DNA of 64,000 bases from an uncultured Clostridia bacterium. Lineage in GTDB: Bacteria; Bacillota; Clostridia; Oscillospirales; Ruminococcaceae. Below are positions 47,065-58,192 of this stretch, piece after piece. The stretch covers positions 16,561 to 80,560 of the forward strand of contig CANQWD010000001.1 in assembly GCA_947627465.1 (NCBI GenBank). Direction: 5' to 3'. The notes beneath the pieces were generated by a model, which saw only the letters and a list, made by a program, of their open reading frames with translations, was not told the DNA's origin and made no database searches. A program made the translations under genes and the position numbers. Positions within the stretch are counted from its first letter, which is position 1. Every line of letters begins with the position of its first letter.

Positions 47065-47937
47065 TTAATCGGGGGATTTTTTCTTATTGTAAAGAAACAT
47101 CGCCAGCGCCGCCGTGATAATAATGAAATAACCCGTAAACGACAGCGCGTCCGGCACCTCGCATTTAAACGCGAAGCCGAGCATCCCCGCGAATATTATT
47201 TGCGAGTAGTCGTAAATTGAAACCTCTTTGGCGGGTGCGTAGGAGTAGCTTGCCGTTATCGCGAACTGCCCGCCCGCTGCCGCCGCGCCCGCGCCGAGCA
47301 GCAGAAGAAGCTGAACGATAGTCATCGGGTGATAGTCGAAAATAAGCGCGGGCGCGGCGCACAATGTTGAAAACGCGCTGAAAAAGAACACTATGTAATA
47401 GCCTTTGGTGCCGTTGTTCGTGAGCTTTCGCACGAACGTGTAGGCAAGTCCGGCGCACGCTCCGCCGAAAAAGCCCGCGCAGGAGGGAAGAAGCTCCGCG
47501 TTTTGAAAGCTCGGCTTGAGCACGAACATCGCGCCGCAAAATGCCATAATAATGCAGACAAGCTGAACCTTTTTCGGCTTTTCTTTAAGCAGAAAAGCCG
47601 AAAACAGCACCGCGAAGAACGGCGACATTTTGTTCAGCAGCGACGCGTCCGAGACTTTCAGAGCCGAAAGCGCGTAAAAGTTCCCGAGCATTCCCAGAAA
47701 TCCCGCCGTTGAGCGCATTATAATGCCGAACCGTTCGCCTTTTTTCGGAATGATATAGTGCTTGTTTTTTATCATCGTAACGCTCGCTATCAGCATTGCG
47801 AAGAAGTTTCGGAAGAACGTTTTCTGAATTACGGGAACGTCGCCCGACAGCGAAACGCACAGGTTCATAACGGCGAAGCAGAACGCCGAGGTTATTATCA
47901 AGAGTATGGCTCGCGAGAGCCGTTTTTTATTATCCAT
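47065..47937 (-). CDS. DMT/EamA-family transporter
   Basis: Two 5-TM repeats, FFRNFFA, SPFFAVLFS..LLKE, SIYDYSQIIFA. Confidence 0.9.
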   Translation of the reverse strand: MDNKKRLSRAILLIITSAFCFAVMNLCVSLSGDVPVIQKTFFRNFFAMLIASVTMIKNKHYIIPKKGERFGIIMRSTAGFLGMLGNFYALSALKVSDASLLNKMSPFFAVLFSAFLLKEKPKKVQLVCIIMAFCGAMFVLKPSFQNAELLPSCAGFFGGACAGLAYTFVRKLTNNGTKGYYIVFFFSAFSTLCAAPALIFDYHPMTIVQLLLLLGAGAAAAGGQFAITASYSYAPAKEVSIYDYSQIIFAGMLGFAFKCEVPDALSFTGYFIIITAALAMFLYNKKKSPD

Positions 47938-48013
47938 TTATATCACCAAAGTAATTTTTTTGAAAGCGCGGTTTTATCGACTTTTCCCGCCTGCGGCAGG
48001 GAAAAGCCATTAA

Positions 48014-48207
48014 GGCAACACCGCACAATTACCGGCTAACGCCTTTGCCGCCCGCTTGCTTGCATATTTTTCGTCATATTGCACAATTCGTCCTCGCAAG
48101 GCGTCAGCCTTGCTTCGTCCTCATTGTACAAGCGTTGAGCAAAGCTCAACCCGCTGACAGAAAAATCTGACTGCGCAATCGGACAGCAATAATTGTGCGG
48201 TGTTGCC
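48014..48207. mobile_element. 194-bp MITE, copy 2
   Basis: Perfect 18-bp inverted ends GGCAACACCGCACAATTA; TTAA duplicated at 48010-13 and 48208-11. Confidence 0.9.
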
Positions 48208-48309
48208 TTAAATCATCACCTATATAATTATAACGCCGACTTTGGGATTTGTCAAGCATAATTCTCTTTTCTCCGCATAAACTAACCGAAAAACCAAAGG
48301 AGATAATTT

Positions 48310-49299
48310 ATGGAGAAGATTGCATTTTTTGACGCGAAGCCGTATGATAAAGAATGGTTTGATAAGATCAACAAGAAGTACGAGATAATTTATTACGAAA
48401 GCCGTCTGCGCCCCGAAAGCGCGCGGCTTGCGGAAGGCTGTAAAGCGGTTTGCGCGTTTGTAAACGATGTGATAAACGCCAAAACGATCGATACTCTTGC
48501 GGAACTTGGAGTCGAGGTGCTTTTGATGAGGTGCGCGGGCTTTAACAATATCGCGCTCTCCGCCGCAAAGGACAAGCTGAAAATTCTGCGCGTGCCCGCG
48601 TATTCGCCTTACGCCGTTGCCGAGCACGCAATGGGAATGATACTCGCGTTGAACCGCAAGATACCGCGCGCCTATATACGCACGCGCGACTTCAATTTCA
48701 GTCTGGTCGGACTTACGGGCTTCGATTTGCACGGGAAAACGGCGGGCGTTATCGGCACGGGCAAGATCGGACAGGCGTTTATCGATATCTGCAAGGGCTT
48801 CGGTATGGAAATTCTCGCTTACGACCCTTATCCCGCGAAAATCGACGGCGTTGAGTATGTCGATACGGACGAGCTTTTCAAACGAAGCGATATTATTTCT
48901 CTGCATTGCCCTCTTACCCGCGAAAACCGTTATATCATAGACGAAAGCGCGATAGGTCTTATGAAAAAGACCGCGCTTATCGTCAACACCTCGCGCGGGC
49001 GGCTTATCGACAGCGAGGCTCTGCTCTCGGCGCTGAACGATAAGAGAATAGGCGGCGCGGCGCTGGACGTTTATGAGGAGGAAAGCGGAATTTTCTTCGA
49101 GGACAACTCCGACAAGATAATCACCGACGAGGTGCTCTCAATGCTCGTCAACCGTCCGAATGTGCTTATAACCTCGCATCAGGCGTATCTTACCGAGGAA
49201 GCCCTGCGCGGTATCGCGGAGGTCACTTTGCAGAATTTCGACGATTATTTGAGCGGCAGGGAACTGAAAAACGAGGTAAAAGCCCAACAAAGTACTTGA
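48310..49299 (+). CDS. D-isomer-specific 2-hydroxyacid dehydrogenase (D-lactate dehydrogenase-like)
   Basis: RCAGFNN, YSPYAVAEH, GVIGTGKIG, SLHCPLT, NTSRG, ITSHQA. Confidence 0.9.
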   Translation: MEKIAFFDAKPYDKEWFDKINKKYEIIYYESRLRPESARLAEGCKAVCAFVNDVINAKTIDTLAELGVEVLLMRCAGFNNIALSAAKDKLKILRVPAYSPYAVAEHAMGMILALNRKIPRAYIRTRDFNFSLVGLTGFDLHGKTAGVIGTGKIGQAFIDICKGFGMEILAYDPYPAKIDGVEYVDTDELFKRSDIISLHCPLTRENRYIIDESAIGLMKKTALIVNTSRGRLIDSEALLSALNDKRIGGAALDVYEEESGIFFEDNSDKIITDEVLSMLVNRPNVLITSHQAYLTEEALRGIAEVTLQNFDDYLSGRELKNEVKAQQST

Positions 49300-49324
49300 C
49301 AAACTTCGCGGAATGTGATATAAT
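49296..49324 (+). promoter_or_regulatory. Consensus sigma-A promoter of pheST
   Basis: TTGACA, 17 bp, TG-N-TATAAT. Confidence 0.88.
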
Positions 49325-49329
49325 GAAAT

Positions 49330-49571
49330 CGGCGTTGAAGATGTGTAAGTAGATTTTCGTAAGCCGTCCGCAGAGAATGAACGTCAGCGGCTGAGAGCGT
49401 TCAGGCGGCGCGAAAGTTGAATTTCAGCATTGGAGCTTTCTGCGAGAAACTAAGCGGACGTTCGCCGCGTTAAGGCGTTTTGAGAGTGTGAAGCAATTCA
49501 CAAATTTGGGTGGTACCGCGGATCGTTAAAGAATTATCCGTCCCAAAGTCTTTGACTTTGGGGCGTTTTTT
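49330..49571 (+). ncRNA. T-box riboswitch (Phe)
   Basis: AGTA, AGAGA and GCTGAG stem-I motifs, candidate TTC specifier (GAATTTCAG), T-box AATTTGGGTGGTACCGCG at ~49503-20, terminator hairpin plus T-run at 49539-71; upstream of pheS. Confidence 0.9.
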
Positions 49572-49590
49572 GTTATTTCAACGCAGAAAA

Positions 49591-50057
49591 AGCGCATAAA
49601 ATTTGCGAAAGCGAGTGACGTTGTGCACTCGAAACGGAGCGAAGTGAAGTGAAGAGTGCGCAATGTCGCTCGGCTAGCGAACGGAGCGCGAAGCGCGTAG
49701 AGAGCGGTTCGCAAATTTAAAATTTAAAGTTCGCGAATTTAAAGCAGCGTAAAAGCAGCGCATAAAATTTGCGAAAGCGAGTGACGTTGTGCACTCGAAA
49801 CGGAGCGAAGCGAAGTGAAGAGTGCGCAATGTCGCTCGGCTAGCGAACGGAGCGCGAAGCGCGTAGAGAGCGGTTCGCAAATTTAAAATTTAAAGTTCGC
49901 GAATTTAAAGCAGCGTAAAAGCAGCGCATAAAATTTGCGAAAGCGAGTGACGTTGTGCACTCGAAACGGAGCGAAGCGAAGTGAAGAGTGCGCAATGTCG
50001 CTCGGCTAGCGAACGGAGCGCGAAGCGCGTAGAGAGCGGTTTGCAAATTTTAAATTT
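49591..50057 (+). repeat. Tandem array of about 2.8 copies of a 166-bp palindromic unit
   Basis: Units start at 49591, 49757 and 49923 and are near-identical; each is bounded by AAATTTGCGAA / TTCGCAAATTT. Confidence 0.92.
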
Positions 50058-50073
50058 AGATAAGGAGAAGAAA

Positions 50074-51093
50074 ATGAAAGATTTCAGCGAGATCAAAGAG
50101 CAGGTTAAACAGGTGCTCGGGGAAGTCGCGGACGGCGTTCAGCTGTCGGATTTCTGGCAGAAGTACCTTGGAAAAACGGGAGTAATTTCCGGTTTGATGA
50201 AAGAAATGAAAACCGTGCCGCCCGAGGAAAAACCGACGTTCGGCAAGGCGGTAAACGACGTGCGCATTTGGGCACAGAATTTGTACAACGAGAAGCAGTC
50301 CGAAATAAAGGAGTATGAGCTGAAAAAGCGTTACGAGCGCGAGACGTTGGACGTCACTATGCCCGCCTTAAAGCGCCCAACGGGTAATCTTCACCCGATA
50401 ACGCTTATAACTCAGCAGATGATAAGCGTGTTCGCGGGAATGGGATTTGAAGTATTGGAGTACCCCGAGGTGGAGGACGACGACCACAATTTCACGCGCT
50501 TAAACGTGCTTAAAGACCACCCGTCGCGCGATATGCAGGACACGTTCTGGCTCACCGAGGACTTGCTTTTGAGAACGCACACTTCTCCGGGACAGATACG
50601 CACAATGGACGCGGAAAGACCGCCCATAAAGGTTCTCGTGCCGGGCAAAGTGTTCCGCTCGGACAGCGACGCTACGCACTCGCCGATGTTTATGCAGATG
50701 GAGGGTTTGGTGGTCGACAAGGGCATAAACCTCTGCGATTTGCAAGGCATGCTCGACCAATTTGTAAAGCAGATGTTCGGCGACGGCACAAAAACGCGTC
50801 TGCGCCCGAGCTACTTCCCGTTTACCGAACCGTCCGTCGAAGTCGACGTTTCGTGCTTCGAGTGCGGCGGTAAAGGCTGTTCGCTGTGCAAGGGCACGGG
50901 TTGGATAGAAGTTCTTGGCGGCGGCGTTGTCAACAAAAAGGTGCTCGAAAACTGCAATATTGACCCCGAGGAGTATTCGGGCTTGGCGTTCGGTATCGGC
51001 GTGGAGCGCATTACAATGCTGAAATACGGCATTCCGAATATGGGAATGTTCTTCGCGAACGATGTGGATTTCTTGAAACAATTTAAGGCGTAA
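50074..51093 (+). CDS. pheS: Phenylalanine--tRNA ligase alpha subunit
   Basis: [40 protein letters not shown]; AAGGAG RBS before ATG 50074. Confidence 0.97.
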   Translation: MKDFSEIKEQVKQVLGEVADGVQLSDFWQKYLGKTGVISGLMKEMKTVPPEEKPTFGKAVNDVRIWAQNLYNEKQSEIKEYELKKRYERETLDVTMPALKRPTGNLHPITLITQQMISVFAGMGFEVLEYPEVEDDDHNFTRLNVLKDHPSRDMQDTFWLTEDLLLRTHTSPGQIRTMDAERPPIKVLVPGKVFRSDSDATHSPMFMQMEGLVVDKGINLCDLQGMLDQFVKQMFGDGTKTRLRPSYFPFTEPSVEVDVSCFECGGKGCSLCKGTGWIEVLGGGVVNKKVLENCNIDPEEYSGLAFGIGVERITMLKYGIPNMGMFFANDVDFLKQFKA

Positions 51094-51105
51094 GGGGGCG
51101 GAATT

Positions 51106-53514
51106 ATGAAAATACTTTTCAGTTGGTTAAAGGATTATGTCGATATAGAGTGTCAGCCCTTGGAGCTTGTGGACAAGCTGTTCGGCGCGGGCTTTGAGGT
51201 CGAGGAAACGAAATATCTCGGACAGGACATTGAAAAAGTGGTAGTCGGCGAGGTCACGTCTATCGAGAAATACGAGGGCACGCACCTTTATATTTGCCAT
51301 GTAAACTGCGGCGAATACGGCGCGGACAACGTGATACTCACGGGCGCGGACAACGTGTTTAAGGGCGCGAAAGTACCCGCGGCGGTGGTCGGCGCGAAAC
51401 TGCCGGGCGGAATTGAAATTCAGCCGCGAAAAATGGCGGATATGATGAGTTACGGAATGCTGTGCTCGGGCGGCGAGCTGGGAGTTACCGAGGATTGGAT
51501 AAAGGGCGCGGACGTTCACGGTATCCTGATGTTGCCGAGCGGCGCGAACGTTGGCGAGGACATCAAGAAAACTCTTGACCTTGACGATTATGTGTTCGAC
51601 ATCTCGATAACAGCCAACCGCCCCGATTGTCAGAGCGTTCTGGGCATAGCGCGCGAAGTCGCGGCGTTCCTCGGAAAGCCGCTTAAGGAGCCGGATTACT
51701 CGTTCACGCGAACGGACGTTACAAAGCCCGAGATTTCCGTGGAAATTGAAGCGCTCGACCTTTGCCCGCGCTATCTGGGCGACTACATTTACGAGGTGAA
51801 GCATTTTGAGAGCCCGCAGTGGATGAAGCGCAGACTTTCCGTGTGCGGTTTTTCGTCTATCGACGCTATTGTTGATATAACTAACTATGTGCTTTTGGAA
51901 ATAGGTCAGCCTATGCATGCTTACGATTTGGACACCTTGGACGGCAAATCTATTCTCGTGCGCCGCGCTAAAGACGGCGAGAAAATAACCACGCTAGACG
52001 AAAAAGAGCGCGTTTTGACGAAAGACAATCTGCTTATATGCGACAAGCACAAGGGCGTGGGTTTAGCGGGAATTATGGGCGGCTTGAACTCCGAGATTGA
52101 AGTCAAGACGAGCGAGATTCTGCTTGAAGCCGCGAAATTCCGCCGCGACAATGTTCGTAAGACCTCGCGCGCTCTCGGACTTCACACCGACGCGGCGGCG
52201 CGTTTTGAAAAGGGCGTTGACGAATACGGCGTTGAATGCGGAATGAACCGCGCTTTGAACCTCGTTGAAAAGCTCGGAGTTGCGAAGATAGGCAATTCTC
52301 ACTTTGACGTTTCGGCGGGCGAGGACAAGGGCGAAGCGAAATTCGATGTGACTGTTGATAAAGTAAATTCCGTCTTGGGAATAGACGTTCCCAAAGCGGA
52401 CATCACGCGCATTTTGAAGTCGCTGATGTTCGGCGTTGAGGAAAACGGCGAAACGCTCTCCGTAACCGTTCCGCGCTGGAGAACCGACGTTGAGAATTAT
52501 CAGGACATCGCCGAGGAAGTTATCCGCGAATACGGCTACGACCACGTTATCCCGCGCTTTCTGGACAGCGCAAAGGTCACGAACGGCGGACTTTCATTCT
52601 TGCAGAACAAGGAGCTTTCAACAAAAGAATACTTCTGCTCTCAGGGCTTTTACGAAGTCAGAACGCTTGCTATGTACTCCGAGCACGAACTCGATATGCT
52701 GAGACTTCCGAAAAACGCTCCCGAGCGCAATGTGATAAAGCTGTTAAATCCGATAACCGACAATCTCTCGATTTTGAGAACCGTGCTCGCGCCCTCAATG
52801 ATAAACGTTATCGCCGACAACATCAAAAACGACTGTTCGGCGGCGCGTTTCTTTGAGATAGCTAATGTGCATATTCCCAAGGCTCTGCCGCTTACGGAAG
52901 CGCCCGAGGAGCGCAAGGAACTGTGTCTGGGCGTTTACGGCGCGGACGAAACATTCTTCACGCTTAAAGAAGCGGTCGAGGGCTTTGCGGCGGCGAACGG
53001 CTTAACGTTCAGATTTGAGCGCGGCGAGTGCAGTTATCTCCACCCCGGAATTTGCGCGGATATTCTCTGCGGCGGCGTTAAGATAGGTCAAATGGGCAAG
53101 CTGCGCTACGAGATAGTAAACGATTTGAACATCGCCGAGGGCAAGAAGTCCGACCTTTCGATTTTCATTGCGGAGATTAACTACTCCGCGATAGAGGGGC
53201 TTTACAAGCGCGAGATGAAGTTTACCGCCGACAACGGCAAGCTGAAAGCGAAGCGCGACATTTCGCTTATCTGCGACAAGAAAACGCTCTGCGTGGAGAT
53301 AGAGGACGTGATAAAGTCCGTAAGCGCGAAAGCCGCCGACGTCAAACTCATTGACAGTTTCGAGAGCGAAAAGCTGGGGCTTGGCAAGAAGTCGCTGACG
53401 TTCACGATAACCTACGCGGACAATGATGACGTTACCGACGAGATCGCCGACAGCGAGACCGATACGATAGCGAGTGCGCTTAACGACAAGCTCGGGGCGG
53501 TTCGGAGAGTATAA
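51106..53514 (+). CDS. pheT: Phenylalanine--tRNA ligase beta subunit
   Basis: SITANRPDC, DITNYVLLEIGQPMHAYD, RFEKGVD; follows pheS. Confidence 0.96.
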   Translation: MKILFSWLKDYVDIECQPLELVDKLFGAGFEVEETKYLGQDIEKVVVGEVTSIEKYEGTHLYICHVNCGEYGADNVILTGADNVFKGAKVPAAVVGAKLPGGIEIQPRKMADMMSYGMLCSGGELGVTEDWIKGADVHGILMLPSGANVGEDIKKTLDLDDYVFDISITANRPDCQSVLGIAREVAAFLGKPLKEPDYSFTRTDVTKPEISVEIEALDLCPRYLGDYIYEVKHFESPQWMKRRLSVCGFSSIDAIVDITNYVLLEIGQPMHAYDLDTLDGKSILVRRAKDGEKITTLDEKERVLTKDNLLICDKHKGVGLAGIMGGLNSEIEVKTSEILLEAAKFRRDNVRKTSRALGLHTDAAARFEKGVDEYGVECGMNRALNLVEKLGVAKIGNSHFDVSAGEDKGEAKFDVTVDKVNSVLGIDVPKADITRILKSLMFGVEENGETLSVTVPRWRTDVENYQDIAEEVIREYGYDHVIPRFLDSAKVTNGGLSFLQNKELSTKEYFCSQGFYEVRTLAMYSEHELDMLRLPKNAPERNVIKLLNPITDNLSILRTVLAPSMINVIADNIKNDCSAARFFEIANVHIPKALPLTEAPEERKELCLGVYGADETFFTLKEAVEGFAAANGLTFRFERGECSYLHPGICADILCGGVKIGQMGKLRYEIVNDLNIAEGKKSDLSIFIAEINYSAIEGLYKREMKFTADNGKLKAKRDISLICDKKTLCVEIEDVIKSVSAKAADVKLIDSFESEKLGLGKKSLTFTITYADNDDVTDEIADSETDTIASALNDKLGAVRRV

Positions 53515-53531
53515 TTTCTTTATAGCTATGT

Positions 53532-53567
53532 AAGAAGTCTGCTTTTGTATAAGCGGGCTTCTTTTTT
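53532..53567 (+). terminator. pheST terminator
   Basis: AAGAAGTCTGCTT / AAGCGGGCTTCTT stem followed by a T-run. Confidence 0.82.
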
Positions 53568-53581
53568 GTGCATTTGCGCAG

Positions 53582-53610
53582 TTGACTTTTTGCGGAAATC
53601 GTGATATAAT
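53582..53610 (+). promoter_or_regulatory. Strong sigma-A promoter upstream of the XRE-CPBP insert and eno
   Basis: TTGACT, 17 bp, TG-N-TATAAT. Confidence 0.78.
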
Positions 53611-53734
53611 TTTTTATTGGGAACTATATCGATAAATTATCACTCTACCAATGGTTGATTTCTCCCCACTCAACCATCGGTTCGTGTACTTTGTCGCGAT
53701 AATCGTCTATACTGAAAGTGAAAGGAGGCACACT

Positions 53735-54361
53735 ATGGATCAAGTGAAAATCGGAAAATTCATTGCTGAGCGGAGAAAAAAGTCTAACTTGACACAAATG
53801 CAGTTGGCAGAAAAACTGAACATCACCGATAGAGCGGTATCAAAATGGGAAACGGGAAAATCAATGCCCGATACATCCATTATGCTTGAACTGTGTGATA
53901 TTCTCAAAATTACCGTTAATGATTTGTTATGTGGGGAGGTCGTTACTGTGGATAACTACAACAGAGAATTAGAAAACAACTTACTTGAGATTATTAGTCA
54001 AAAAGAACAAGCGGATAAAAGATTGCTGATAACAGAAATCGTTCTGGGAATTATATGTTTAATTCCATTGACGGCTGCTGTGGTCTTTGCAGCTGTAATG
54101 CCGTTGGAGGAATGGATTAAAAATATTATTCTTATCGCGGGCATTATTCCCCTGCTTGCCGCAACGCCTTTTGCAATAAAAATCGAGCAAAACGCAGGCT
54201 ATTATGAATGTCGGAAGTGCGGACACATACATATCCCTCAATACAGCAGTGTATTCTTAGCTATGCATATAAACAGAACAAGATATATGCGCTGCCCAAA
54301 GTGCGGTAAAATGTCATGGCAGAAGAAAGTATTGCACAATGAAGAATCAGGTTCTACTTAA
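53735..54361 (+). CDS. XRE-family HTH regulator with TM helices and a C-terminal zinc ribbon
   Basis: IGKFIAERRK..TQMQLAEKL..VSKWETGKSMPD; two TM segments; CRKC...CPKC; AAAGGAGG RBS. Confidence 0.88.
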   Translation: MDQVKIGKFIAERRKKSNLTQMQLAEKLNITDRAVSKWETGKSMPDTSIMLELCDILKITVNDLLCGEVVTVDNYNRELENNLLEIISQKEQADKRLLITEIVLGIICLIPLTAAVVFAAVMPLEEWIKNIILIAGIIPLLAATPFAIKIEQNAGYYECRKCGHIHIPQYSSVFLAMHINRTRYMRCPKCGKMSWQKKVLHNEESGST

Positions 54362-54374
54362 AGGCGGGGGCAGT

Positions 54375-55160
54375 ATGAAAAATTACATTAAAGCATATTG
54401 GAAAACTCTTTTATTTTTCGCTGTGATAGGTTTTATCGGTGGTTTCTTCACGGGAATATACGCCTGGGAGGACTTTCCCGAAAACACAAAACAACAATAT
54501 CTTGAACAAATAAATGCCGGCGGTCTCGGTCAATTTCCCGCCGATATTATTGTGGGCATCAGTACGGCGATCCAAACTGCCGTCGTTTATGGCATCGTGT
54601 TAGGCGCAATAGGCATTTGGCTCGGAAAGAAAACAGGACTTTGGAAAGACGAAAAAAACATAACAAAAAAGCCTTTGGCAGCTTCTCTTGTCGTTGCCGT
54701 GGTTGGTGGTCTTGCATTGATTTTAACCGATGTGCTGTTCTTTGGAAATCATTCTGAGGCAGTTATGAATACCTATGTAGAAAAACCGACTATTCCGTAT
54801 CTGTTGGCAACTGTAACCTATGGTGCAATTATTGAAGAAGTAATGATCAGACTTTTCTTTATGTCACTAATTGCGTTTGTTCTTCATAAATTATTTGGTA
54901 AGAAACACGATAAACCGACAGTTGCAATTTTAATTGTGGCGAATGTGTTTGCGGCAATTTTGTTTGCCGCAGGACACCTTCCTGGAACCGCTCAGACGAT
55001 AGGTCTAACGCCAATAATAATCTTTAGATGTTTCCTGATGAATGGCGGCTTTGGTTTATTGTTTGGTTGGTTGTATAGAAAATACGGTTTGCGTTATGCG
55101 ATGATTGCTCACGGCGGATGCCATATTGTATCAAAGTTAATTTGGATTTTGTTCATATAA
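54375..55160 (+). CDS. CPBP (CAAX/Abi) family intramembrane metalloprotease
   Basis: IIEEVMIR (EExxxR), FAAGH, AMIAHGGCH; multi-TM. Confidence 0.88.
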   Translation: MKNYIKAYWKTLLFFAVIGFIGGFFTGIYAWEDFPENTKQQYLEQINAGGLGQFPADIIVGISTAIQTAVVYGIVLGAIGIWLGKKTGLWKDEKNITKKPLAASLVVAVVGGLALILTDVLFFGNHSEAVMNTYVEKPTIPYLLATVTYGAIIEEVMIRLFFMSLIAFVLHKLFGKKHDKPTVAILIVANVFAAILFAAGHLPGTAQTIGLTPIIIFRCFLMNGGFGLLFGWLYRKYGLRYAMIAHGGCHIVSKLIWILFI

Positions 55161-55254
55161 CTTCCGATTTATCGACAACTTCAATAAATCATAATGCTCC
55201 CCAAATACCGAATGAATAATTCTCCAAAAAAGAGAAATACTACCTCTAAAATAA

Positions 55255-56571
<1,317 letters not shown>

Positions 56572-56597
56572 AAATTTAAATTTTTTTGAAAAACCTA

Positions 56598-56626
56598 TTG
56601 ACAAATAAAAACGGTTGTGGTATAAT
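56598..56626 (+). promoter_or_regulatory. Consensus promoter of infC-rpmI-rplT
   Basis: TTGACA, 17 bp, TG-extended TATAAT. Confidence 0.88.
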
Positions 56627-56636
56627 ATATCGGTAA

Positions 56637-56810
56637 AGCAGAGCCACCACACTCTCACCCGCCGACGGGGTGCGTTTTAACGGGATTTTATGCCATGTTG
56701 AAGCGCAGGCTTGACAGTCAGGCGCGGTAGTTTATTCGATAAGTACCCCGAAACAATGGGATAATTACGTTTAAGCGTGAGTTGTGTGCTCACGCTTAAT
56801 TTATTTCTTT
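56637..56810 (+). ncRNA. L20 leader-like attenuator
   Basis: 5' GCAGAGCCACCACACTCTCACC resembles the L20 leader; 11-bp hairpin TTAAGCGTGAG / CTCACGCTTAA followed by a T-rich tract before infC. Confidence 0.6.
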
Positions 56811-56840
56811 GGAAAAGCAAACGAAAGGCGGTGCTTTAAA

Positions 56841-57356
56841 ATCGCAGCGAAAGAACAGCTCATCAATGAGGATATCCGTGAAAAGGAAGTAAGAGTTATC
56901 AGCGCGGACGGCGAACAGCTCGGGATAATGTCGTCGAGAGACGCTCTCGAAAAGGCTATAGACGCCGATCTGGACTTGGTGATGATATCTCCCACGGCGA
57001 AACCTCCGGTATGCCGCATTATGGATTACGGCAAATACCGTTTCGAGCAGACAAAACGGGAAAAAGAAGCCAAGAAAAATCAGAAAACAGCGGATGTTAA
57101 GGAAGTTAAAATGTCCCTTAATATCGACACCAACGATTTCAATATCAAGGTGAAGAACGCGATAAAATTTCTGCAAAACGGCGATAAGGTCAAAGTCACG
57201 ATACGTTTCAGACGTATGCGCGAGCTTACGCATGTAAATCTCGGCGAGGACTTGATGAAGCGTTTTTGCGACGCGGTTGCGGAGTACGGCGGCTCGGATA
57301 AGCCCTCGAAACTCGAGGGAAGAAACTACGCGGTAGTGCTCAGTCCGAAGAAATAA
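56841..57356 (+). CDS. infC: Translation initiation factor IF-3, non-canonical ATC start
   Basis: [35 protein letters not shown]; AAGGCGGTG RBS before ATC 56841. Confidence 0.95.
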   Translation: MAAKEQLINEDIREKEVRVISADGEQLGIMSSRDALEKAIDADLDLVMISPTAKPPVCRIMDYGKYRFEQTKREKEAKKNQKTADVKEVKMSLNIDTNDFNIKVKNAIKFLQNGDKVKVTIRFRRMRELTHVNLGEDLMKRFCDAVAEYGGSDKPSKLEGRNYAVVLSPKK

Positions 57357-57403
57357 TAAGCGTTGACGGCGCACTTTTAAAACACTTACAGGAGGAAAAC
57401 AAA

Positions 57404-57601
57404 ATGCCTAAGATCAAAACACACAGCGGCGCGAAAAAGCGCTTTAAGCTCACGGGAACCGGTAAGGTTAAAATGCAGCATTGCGGTAAGCGTCACATTC
57501 TTACCAAAAAGTCCACCAAGCGTAAAAGAGGACTTAGAGCGGGCGCGTATGCGGACGTGACCAACGTAGAGCAGGTTAAGAGCCTTATTCCGTACAAATA
57601 A
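57404..57601 (+). CDS. rpmI: 50S ribosomal protein L35
   Basis: [23 protein letters not shown]. Confidence 0.97.
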   Translation: MPKIKTHSGAKKRFKLTGTGKVKMQHCGKRHILTKKSTKRKRGLRAGAYADVTNVEQVKSLIPYK

Positions 57602-57754
57602 GAAGTAATTCATAAAAACACATAAGCGGAGCACGCCGCCGAGACGGTGAAGCGGAGCGGAACCGTTTTAGCAAGGCGAGAGCGGATATTCGGAGCGAAA
57701 GCGGAGAATATGCGCGCGGTGCGAAGCGATTTATAAATAAGGAGGACAATCACA

Positions 57755-58108
57755 ATGGCACGTGTTAAGGGCGCACTTGCTACGCGCAAGAGAAGAAATA
57801 AAACCTTGAAGCTCGCGAAGGGCTATTGGGGAGGTAAGAGTAGACTTTTCAAGACCGCTAAGGAAGCGGTGATGAAGAGCGGTCAATACGCATACATCGG
57901 CAGACGTTTGAAGAAAAGAGATTTCAGACGCTTGTGGATCACCAGAATTTCGGCGGCTTGCAAGGCAAACGGCATGAACTATTCCACATTTATGAACGGT
58001 CTCAAGAAAGCGAACATCACGCTTAACAGAAAGATGCTCTCCGAGATCGCAATTAACGACGCGGCGGGCTTTACGGCGCTTACCGAGAAAGCTAAGGCGG
58101 CGCTTTGA
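57755..58108 (+). CDS. rplT: 50S ribosomal protein L20
   Basis: [35 protein letters not shown]. Confidence 0.97.
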   Translation: MARVKGALATRKRRNKTLKLAKGYWGGKSRLFKTAKEAVMKSGQYAYIGRRLKKRDFRRLWITRISAACKANGMNYSTFMNGLKKANITLNRKMLSEIAINDAAGFTALTEKAKAAL

Positions 58109-58118
58109 TTGACTTAAT

Positions 58119-58151
58119 TCTCACGCCTTGTACTTCGGGGCGTGAGATTTT
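58119..58151 (+). terminator. rplT terminator
   Basis: TCTCACGCC / GGCGTGAGA stem followed by TTTT. Confidence 0.75.
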
Positions 58152-58192
58152 CGCTATTATAAACTATTTTCGACAAAAAGGGGAAAAAGGCT

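Noticed and set aside
49591-50057. CRISPR array
   Set aside because: Units are 166 bp and near-identical along their whole length with no unique spacers; no cas genes in the window
49526-50096. Repeated minus-strand ORFs ([12 protein letters not shown]...) and the extended pheS start at 49981
   Set aside because: Products of the tandem repeat; no RBS; pheS homology and the RBS support ATG 50074
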